Positions 57,463 to 64,000 of a DNA stretch of 64,000 nt are shown piece after piece. The notes beneath the pieces are model-generated. The model saw nothing but the letters and a program-made list of their open reading frames with translations. It was not told where the DNA came from and searched no databases. The first letter of the stretch is position 1. Each line of letters opens with the position of its first letter. The DNA is from an uncultured Actinomycetes bacterium (GTDB lineage Bacteria; Actinomycetota; UBA4738; HRBIN12): positions 609,650 to 673,649 of the forward strand of contig CAVZMG010000002.1 of NCBI GenBank assembly GCA_963776425.1. Reading direction: 5' to 3'. The position numbers and the translations under genes were made by a program.

Positions 57463-59189
57463 GGGGTCCGAGGCAACGGATCCTCCGCGCGATGCTCGCC
57501 GGTGCGCTGACCCTCGCTCCCATCATCGCGTGGACTCCTCCGGCGGCCGCCCAGACGGCTCCTCACGTCTACGTCTACACGATGGAAGGAGCCGATCTGC
57601 AGGCCCTGCTGGCAAGTCCCGGATTCTTGGGGCTCGCGCAGCAAGGAGGTGGCGCTCTCATGGTCGTCTCCACGCCCGAAGACCCGCTCTTCGAACTCCG
57701 GCATGCCTTCGGGGGCGTCCGTGGCATCGGGTGCGTGGTAGATGCTGGCGGGCGGACCAGCCAGCAGCGATTGGATGTCGCGGCGCGCCAAGTCGAGGGC
57801 GACCTCGCGTCATCAAGGGACGATGTGGTCGTCTTCGTCGCGTCCGGTCCCTTCCCGCGTTGTGGAGGTCAGCACGCTCAGCTCGGTGCGCTCGTGATGG
57901 CCGAAGGGGTGGGGAGTGAGCTCGCTGCCGCCATGGCGGAGCCAACGGCGACCGTGGCCGGCTCTTTGACGAGCGACTCGACCCGGCGGGACGGGGTCGT
58001 GACGTCGGCGGACATGGCGTACACGGCGATCGACGCCGCGGGGACCTCGGGCGAGGCGCTCGCAGCGACCGGCGGATCCGAGATCCGCGTGGTTCCAGGC
58101 CCACCGCCGCTCGACCTGTACGACCGGTACGTCCAATCCAAGCGCCTGAGCGTGCCGATCGGCACGGCGGCGGCGCTCTTCGTCACGGTCGCCGGACTCA
58201 TCGCGCTCGTGCTCCTCCTCTGGACGGGGTCGCCACGTTGGTCGCGATCGCTGATGGCGTGGGTCGCGATCTCATCGCCGTTCCTGGCTCTGTCTCTGCT
58301 GCTGGCCGGGCATCTCGCGTCGATCACCTATGCGACGGTGATCCCGTTCGTGATCGCGGTGACGGCGTTGGGAACCCTGGCACTGTTGCCCGTGGCACGT
58401 CGACGCGGCACGCTCGACGCCATCGCCGCAGCGGGCGCGATCGTGCTGGCCGCCCTCGCGCTCGAAGGCGTGCTCGGATGGCCGGCCGCGCTGACGCCGC
58501 TCCTCGGCGGATCCCAGCTCGATGGCGGACGCTTCTTCGGTCTGCCGAACGCCTTCATCGGCCTGTTGCTGGGAGGTTCGATCTACGTGGCGCAGCGCCT
58601 GTCACGGACCGCGGGCACGGTGGTGATCGCCGTGACCGGCCTGTTCGCTGGCCTGCCCTGGACCGGATCCAACATCGGGGGAGCGGTGACGCTCTTCGCG
58701 GGAGCAGGCATCTGGTGGGGACTCCGAGGAAGGGCTGGGTGGGTCCGCACGACGATCGCCTCGCTCATCTCCGTCGCAGCGGGCACCGCGCTCGTCGTGA
58801 TCGCTCACCGCTTCCTCACGTCCGCTCCGACCCACATCACGCGGTTCGCCGAACACTCGGGCGGACTTTCGGGGGTGTGGACGAAACTCGTCGACCGGCT
58901 GGAGGTCGGCACGGATCTCATCGCACGGAACCCGTTCGGGCTCGCTCCCGTGATCGGCGTCTTCTTCACGCTGCTGCTGGTCCTGCGGCCCCCGACCGTC
59001 GTTCGGGTCACGTTCACCGAGGCTCCCTGGTGGCGGGCGGCGTTGCTCGCGATCGTGCTCGGGAGCCTCGTGGCCTACGTCGTCAACGACTCGGGGGCCG
59101 CGGCGATCGGGGAGGGCTTCACGACATCGTTCGCCGCGTTGCTCTACGTGTCGTTGCTCCGCCGGAACGACATCATGGAGGAACGGTGA
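57459..59189 (+). CDS. large hypothetical membrane protein (signal peptide, ~220-aa extracytoplasmic domain, ~9 TM helices)
   Basis: 576 aa; no motif I can assign. Translationally coupled to murA and to the downstream CPBP protease. Confidence 0.5.
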   Translation: MRGPRQRILRAMLAGALTLAPIIAWTPPAAAQTAPHVYVYTMEGADLQALLASPGFLGLAQQGGGALMVVSTPEDPLFELRHAFGGVRGIGCVVDAGGRTSQQRLDVAARQVEGDLASSRDDVVVFVASGPFPRCGGQHAQLGALVMAEGVGSELAAAMAEPTATVAGSLTSDSTRRDGVVTSADMAYTAIDAAGTSGEALAATGGSEIRVVPGPPPLDLYDRYVQSKRLSVPIGTAAALFVTVAGLIALVLLLWTGSPRWSRSLMAWVAISSPFLALSLLLAGHLASITYATVIPFVIAVTALGTLALLPVARRRGTLDAIAAAGAIVLAALALEGVLGWPAALTPLLGGSQLDGGRFFGLPNAFIGLLLGGSIYVAQRLSRTAGTVVIAVTGLFAGLPWTGSNIGGAVTLFAGAGIWWGLRGRAGWVRTTIASLISVAAGTALVVIAHRFLTSAPTHITRFAEHSGGLSGVWTKLVDRLEVGTDLIARNPFGLAPVIGVFFTLLLVLRPPTVVRVTFTEAPWWRAALLAIVLGSLVAYVVNDSGAAAIGEGFTTSFAALLYVSLLRRNDIMEER

Positions 59190-59986
59190 GCGCCATCCCC
59201 ATCCCCCCGCGGCCCGACACCGGCGCATCGGTCGGCGCCGGTCCGGACCTGTCTGACGGCCGGATCCGCTCGACCTGGGGCTGGTTCGAGGCCGTCGGTG
59301 TCTACTTCCTCGCGTTCCTGATCGCGGGGTTCGCCACGCTCCCGATCATCGCGGTGCTCGGCGATACCAGCGTCAACGGCGGGGTCGGCCCGACGGAGAT
59401 CATCGCCACGATCGCGGCGGATGTCGTCATCACGGCCATCTTGGTGAGCTGGCTCGCGCGCTGGCACAAGGAGTGGCGTGGGGCGATCGTCCTTGTCCCG
59501 ACCGGCGAGGGCGCTTGGCGACACGTGGTGTTCGGAGCGATCGGCGGCGTGATCCTGGTGCCCGCGGTCGGGATGATCAGCTTCGCGATCCAGACGCTGC
59601 TCGAACAGGCGGTCGGTCATACCGTGACCGCGCCCGAGCAGATCGCCCCGGGGCTCAGCGGGAAGGCGAAGCTCGCACTCGTCCTTCTCGCCGTGGTCGT
59701 GGCGCCGATCAGTGAGGAGTTCTTCTTCCGCGGCGTGCTCTTCCGCACCGTCCGCGACCGACACGGGTTCTGGGCGGCGGCGCTCGCATCGGCGATCCCG
59801 TTCGGGATCGTGCACTACGTGCCGGCTCCGGCGATCGACGCACTCCTGCTGCAAGCCACCATGGTCTTCACCGGGCTGGGGCTCGCGTGGATCTACGAGC
59901 GGCGGGGCACGCTCGCCGCGAACGTGGCCGCACACATGGCGTTCAACGTGATCGGCCTGGTCACGATCATCGGCCTGGTCCGGTAG
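59186..59986 (+). CDS. CPBP (CAAX/Abi) family intramembrane metalloprotease
   Basis: EEFFFRG and FGIVHY motifs; GTG start overlaps the upstream stop. Confidence 0.7.
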   Translation: MSAIPIPPRPDTGASVGAGPDLSDGRIRSTWGWFEAVGVYFLAFLIAGFATLPIIAVLGDTSVNGGVGPTEIIATIAADVVITAILVSWLARWHKEWRGAIVLVPTGEGAWRHVVFGAIGGVILVPAVGMISFAIQTLLEQAVGHTVTAPEQIAPGLSGKAKLALVLLAVVVAPISEEFFFRGVLFRTVRDRHGFWAAALASAIPFGIVHYVPAPAIDALLLQATMVFTGLGLAWIYERRGTLAANVAAHMAFNVIGLVTIIGLVR

Positions 59987-60017
59987 CGCATCTTCGTGGT
60001 CCGTATGCTGTGCCTCG

Positions 60018-60458
60018 TTGCCGAGAGGGGTGGCGTCCGTGCCCAGGTTCCCGACCGACCCATGGTTCCAAGCGTTCGTGGCGGCGATCAACGCGTCCGA
60101 TCGATACCGGGAGGCGGCGGCCGACTGGGAGGGCGATGTCGCGTTCCAGATCGAGGCCGAACCCGACAAGGGCGTGCCCGAGACCGTGTACGGATGGCTC
60201 GACCTGTGGCACGGCGCATGCCGATCCGGCGGCGTCGTGAACCAGGAGAGGGCGACCGCCTCCCGATACGTGATCAGCGCCCCCTACACGCGCTGGCGCG
60301 AGGTGCTGGAGGGCGATCTCGATCCGATCCGCGGCATGATGCAGGGCAAGCTTCGCGTGAAGGGTGACCTCCCCACGATCATCCGTTACGTCAACGCCGC
60401 GAACGAGCTGGTCCACCTGACCGGCACGGTCGACACCGAGTTCCCCGACGGGGACTGA
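60018..60458 (+). CDS. SCP2 sterol-binding domain protein
   Basis: MMQGKLRVKGDL motif typical of SCP-2. Confidence 0.6.
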   Translation: MPRGVASVPRFPTDPWFQAFVAAINASDRYREAAADWEGDVAFQIEAEPDKGVPETVYGWLDLWHGACRSGGVVNQERATASRYVISAPYTRWREVLEGDLDPIRGMMQGKLRVKGDLPTIIRYVNAANELVHLTGTVDTEFPDGD

Positions 60459-60462
60459 CCCC

Positions 60463-61503
60463 GTGCGTGCCGTCGTCTTCGAAGGCATCGGGGCGGTGCG
60501 GGTCACCGACGTGCCCGATCCCGTGGTGGAGGAGCCCGGAGATGCGGTCGTCCGCGTGACCAGGACGGCGATCTGCGGTTCGGACCTTCACTTCTTCCAC
60601 GGGAAGACCCCGATCGACGTCGGCGGCGTGTTGGGACACGAGGCCGTCGGGGTCGTCGAAGCCGTCGGGGCGGGCGTCGCGGGGTTCCGGGCAGGAGATC
60701 GCGTGGTCGTGGCGTTCAACATCGCGTGCGGATCGTGCTGGTTCTGCGCGCGCGGGGAGACCCAGCTCTGTGAGGAGTTCCGCAACCTCGGCGCCGGGGC
60801 GTTCGGCGGCGGACTGGCAGGTGCGCAGGCGAGCTCCCTCCGCGTGCCGAACGCCGACGTGAACCTCCTCGCGATCCCCGACGACATCGAGGACGAACGA
60901 GCCCTGTTCGTCGGCGACGTCCTCACGACGGGCCTGTACGCGGCGTCGATCGCAGGGATCGGCCCGGACGACACCGTGGCGGTTCTCGGATGCGGCCCGG
61001 TCGGCTTCTTCTGCATCCAGGCAGCACGCGCACTAGGTGCGACACAGGTGTACGGCATCGACCGCGAGCCGACGCGTCTTCACCTGGCGGCGATCGCCGG
61101 CGCCTCTCCCGTCGATGCACGCGAGCGACATCCCCAGACGGCGCTCGCCGAGGCGACCGAGGGACGCGGCGCCGACGTCGTCCTGGAAGCCGTCGGAACG
61201 CCGGAGGCGTTCGAGGATGCGGTGGGCGCCGTGCGACGGGGTGGGCGAGTCGTCGTCGTCGGCGTGTACGCGGGCGAATCCGTGGAGGTGCAGCTCGGGG
61301 TCTACTGGGCCCGCGCCCTCACGATCCGGTTCGCAGGCATCTGCCCGGTCCACGCATGGTGGGAGCGCGCGATGGCCGAGGTTCGCGCCGGGACGATCGA
61401 CCCGGTCCCGTTGATCTCGCACCGGCTCCCGCTCGAGCGAGCCGCCGAGGGATATGCGCTGTTCGACCGGAGGGAAGCCACGAAGGTGGTGCTCACCCCA
61501 TGA
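60463..61503 (+). CDS. zinc-dependent alcohol dehydrogenase family protein (MDR)
   Basis: GHEAVG, the structural-Zn CGSCWFC cluster, and GCGPVGF NAD motif. Confidence 0.8.
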   Translation: MRAVVFEGIGAVRVTDVPDPVVEEPGDAVVRVTRTAICGSDLHFFHGKTPIDVGGVLGHEAVGVVEAVGAGVAGFRAGDRVVVAFNIACGSCWFCARGETQLCEEFRNLGAGAFGGGLAGAQASSLRVPNADVNLLAIPDDIEDERALFVGDVLTTGLYAASIAGIGPDDTVAVLGCGPVGFFCIQAARALGATQVYGIDREPTRLHLAAIAGASPVDARERHPQTALAEATEGRGADVVLEAVGTPEAFEDAVGAVRRGGRVVVVGVYAGESVEVQLGVYWARALTIRFAGICPVHAWWERAMAEVRAGTIDPVPLISHRLPLERAAEGYALFDRREATKVVLTP

Positions 61504-61907
61504 CGGTCGAGTTCGACGACGAAGAGCCGAGCGGCCTGGCGAGCATGGTGGGTGGCTTGATCGAGCAGAACCTGGAACGCGATCCGGCACGCCTGCGTCT
61601 GCTCCGCCCTGGCGTCGCGACGATCTCGGCGCCGGACGCGGGCGTCTCGATCACGATCCGAACCGCGCCCGGTCATGTGGTGATCGAGGACCATGCCGCG
61701 TCCGACGCCCACGTGGCGATCACCGCCGACTCCACGGCTCTGCTCGCGCTGACCGCGGCTCCGCTGCGGTGGGGACTGCCTGACCTCTTCGACCCCTGTG
61801 GCCGAGCTGTCCTCGGGGATGTCCTGGCTCGGCGGACCAGGATCCGCGGCCTCCTCATCCACCCGCGGCGCCTGGCGCGCCTGTCGGCGCTCCTCTCGGT
61901 GGCGTGA
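61500..61907 (+). CDS. small SCP2-like / hypothetical protein
   Basis: 135 aa; ATGA overlap with the ADH; weak SCP2-like pattern. Confidence 0.4.
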   Translation: MTVEFDDEEPSGLASMVGGLIEQNLERDPARLRLLRPGVATISAPDAGVSITIRTAPGHVVIEDHAASDAHVAITADSTALLALTAAPLRWGLPDLFDPCGRAVLGDVLARRTRIRGLLIHPRRLARLSALLSVA

Positions 61908-62518
61908 GCGACGTGACGGATCCCCGCGACGAACGACCGGAACGCCCCGACCTCCCATCGGGTACGCGCGCGGCGTCCCGTGGCGGGTGGGCGACCGTGG
62001 TGGTCGTCGGCGTGATCCTCGCGGTCGTCCTGGGGGGCTACGTCGTCGCGGGTGCCCTGTCGGAACCGGCGGGAGCGCCCGTCGACGTCGCGGGGGTGGT
62101 GCGGGTCCATCCGCTCTCCGGATGGGCCCTCGCCCGCCGCGGCTCCATCGCGGGTGTGCCGTTCGCGCAGGTCACCCGGGGAAGCGGAACGCTCCTGATC
62201 GCCGCGCTCCCGGGGCGCGGCGGCGACGCCGAGCGGCTGGCGACCGACTACGCGCGCCTCGTGCTCTCCAAGGAGCTCAGCCAGCTGTCCACGTCGAAGG
62301 AGCTGGATCCCGTAACCCTTCGCTCGGGGCTCCACGGCGTGCGTTTCGCCTATGTCGGGGTCGTGGCCGACACCGGTGCATCCGTCGAAGGGGAAGTCAC
62401 GGCGGTGGTCTCGCCGGCGGGGAACGGTGTCGTGTTCGATGGCTGGGGGCCGGCTGGGTTGTTGTCCTTCGTCCGCGCGGACATCGACACGATGATCGCG
62501 AACGCGGAGGTGACGTGA
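61904..62518 (+). CDS. hypothetical single-pass membrane protein
   Basis: 204 aa; N-terminal TM then a soluble domain; coupled to neighbours. Confidence 0.4.
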   Translation: MSDVTDPRDERPERPDLPSGTRAASRGGWATVVVVGVILAVVLGGYVVAGALSEPAGAPVDVAGVVRVHPLSGWALARRGSIAGVPFAQVTRGSGTLLIAALPGRGGDAERLATDYARLVLSKELSQLSTSKELDPVTLRSGLHGVRFAYVGVVADTGASVEGEVTAVVSPAGNGVVFDGWGPAGLLSFVRADIDTMIANAEVT

Positions 62519-63720
62519 GCAGCGTCCCCGCCCGACACCGGTCCCCGATCCACGACGGGACGCTGTTCCAGCCGCGCCGTCCGGCGTTCTGGGTCTACGC
62601 GGTGATCCTGGCGCTGACCGGCTTCGTGCTGATCGCCGAGCAGAGCGTCTTCCGCAGGATCGAGCCCGCCGGGTGGCTCCTGTCGTGGGTCCTGCTCGCC
62701 ATCTACGCACTGCCGGTGTTCCTGCTCGTGTATGCGCTCGACCTGTACGAGCGAGAGCCACTGTCCCTGGTGATCGGCGCGCTCCTGTGGGGTGGGATCG
62801 CCGCCACGACCCTCGCCGGCTACGCGAACGACGGATGGGGGGTGGTGGTTGCCCGGGTCGGGGGGCCGGAGTTCGCCGCTCGATGGACCGCCGCGCTCAC
62901 CGCGCCGTTCGTCGAGGAGACGTTGAAGGGACTCGGCGTGGTCTTGATCTATCTGATCGCGCCCGACGAGTTCGACGACATGATGGACGGCTTCGTGTAC
63001 GGAGCCGTCTGCGGACTCGGGTTCGCGGTCGTCGAGGATGTCTTCTATTTCATGGGCGTGTTCGGCGGGAGTCCGAGCGGCGTCCTCAAGGGGTTCTTCG
63101 TCCGAGTCGTCGCGAGCGGCCTCTACTCGCACGTCCTCTACACCGGGTTGGTGGGGATGGGGATCGGCTATTTCGTGTCTCGCCGTGAGCGCCGTTCGCT
63201 CGAGCGACGGATCGCGGTCGTGGTGGGGCTGTGCGCCGTCGCCGTGCTCGGACACTTCCTGTGGAACTCTCCGCTGCTCGATCTCTTCCCGGCTCGACCG
63301 TGGTCGGGCGCCGACCTGTTGTTGATCCCCGTGGCGACGGCGGTGAAAGGATTGCCACTCCTCCTGTTCGTGACGCTCGCGGTCGTGCTGGCCCGCCGCC
63401 AGGAGCGGCGTTGGCTCCACGGTGCGCTCGACCTGGAGATCGGGACGGGGGGGATCTCGGCCGAGGAGTTGGCGATCCTCGAGGAGCCGCGTCGCCGGCG
63501 CGCGACCGTCCGGCAGATGCGTCTCCGCGCGGGGAAGGGAGCCGCTGCGCTCCTGCGCCGACTCCAGCGGGAGCAGGTCAACCTGGCGATGGTCCGCTCC
63601 AAGGTGGCGGACGGGGATCCGGCCTTGATCGACCAACGCGCGTACTGCGCGTCGCTGCGAGACGCCCTCGGTGCGATCCCCGGCGCGGCACCCGCCGACG
63701 CGCCATCGCTCGACCGTTAG
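62515..63720 (+). CDS. PrsW family intramembrane metalloprotease
   Basis: Multi-TM with FVEETLKG and HxxxN-like motifs characteristic of PrsW (anti-sigma-cleaving protease family). Confidence 0.6.
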   Translation: MSSVPARHRSPIHDGTLFQPRRPAFWVYAVILALTGFVLIAEQSVFRRIEPAGWLLSWVLLAIYALPVFLLVYALDLYEREPLSLVIGALLWGGIAATTLAGYANDGWGVVVARVGGPEFAARWTAALTAPFVEETLKGLGVVLIYLIAPDEFDDMMDGFVYGAVCGLGFAVVEDVFYFMGVFGGSPSGVLKGFFVRVVASGLYSHVLYTGLVGMGIGYFVSRRERRSLERRIAVVVGLCAVAVLGHFLWNSPLLDLFPARPWSGADLLLIPVATAVKGLPLLLFVTLAVVLARRQERRWLHGALDLEIGTGGISAEELAILEEPRRRRATVRQMRLRAGKGAAALLRRLQREQVNLAMVRSKVADGDPALIDQRAYCASLRDALGAIPGAAPADAPSLDR

Positions 63721-63730
63721 GCTTCGCGGC

Positions 63731-64000
63731 GTGGACGTTCAGCTGCTGGTCGCCGACGTGCTTGCGGGCGATCGTCGGGCGGTCGCCCGTGCGATCTCGC
63801 TCGTCGAGGACGGCGATCCCGGGTTGGAAGCCCTCTCCGCAGGCATCTACGCCCGGACGGGCCGGGCCGCCACGATCGGATTGACCGGAGCCCCCGGCGT
63901 CGGGAAGTCCACGCTCGCCGCGGAGCTCGTCCGGGTGCGACGCGAGGCAGCTCGTTCGGTCGCGGTGTTGGCCATCGACCCCACATCGCCCTACACGGGG
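63731..64000 (+). CDS. meaB: methylmalonyl-CoA mutase-associated GTPase MeaB/ArgK, N-terminal fragment (continues past window)
   Basis: DVLAGDRRAVARAISLVEDG followed by P-loop GLTGAPGVGKST. Confidence 0.7.
   Translation, partial: MDVQLLVADVLAGDRRAVARAISLVEDGDPGLEALSAGIYARTGRAATIGLTGAPGVGKSTLAAELVRVRREAARSVAVLAIDPTSPYTG

Overview
This is a high-GC (about 68-70%) actinobacterial-type chromosomal window. Its backbone is strongly conserved and recognisable: pyrE/pyrD, then argS-(GNAT)-hom-thrC-thrB ... rho-rpmE ... prfA-prmC-tsaC-(LMW phosphatase)-rpiB-glyA-wecA ... atpZ/I-atpBEFHAGDC-murA. This is the same order as the M. tuberculosis Rv1292-Rv1315 region and the B. subtilis rho..atp..murAA region. 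From about 24.1 kb to the end, roughly 45 consecutive genes lie on the + strand.

The most interesting content is a cassette inserted between thrB and rho. It encodes a cyclic 2,3-diphosphoglycerate synthetase-like protein next to a 2-phosphoglycerate kinase-like protein, i.e. the archaeal (methanogen) cDPG thermoprotectant pathway, flanked by an SDR, a metallophosphoesterase and a transaldolase.

The other notable observation concerns frameshifts. One copy of the potADBC polyamine importer (13-16 kb) and a PFOR plus DHOD-like pair (18.1-22.8 kb) carry about 12 frameshifts in total. Every one is the same +1 (insertion-type) shift. All other long genes, including a second intact potADBC copy at 44.5-48.8 kb, are intact.

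Further items of interest are a membrane-anchored protein with an atypical Hanks-type kinase domain, a Bpa-like proteasome activator ending in GQYL, a candidate atp-operon promoter giving an essentially leaderless atpZ, and a murA-led operon containing CPBP and PrsW membrane proteases and SCP2 proteins. A single tRNA-Arg(CCG) is present. I found no rRNA, CRISPR array, integrase or transposase.
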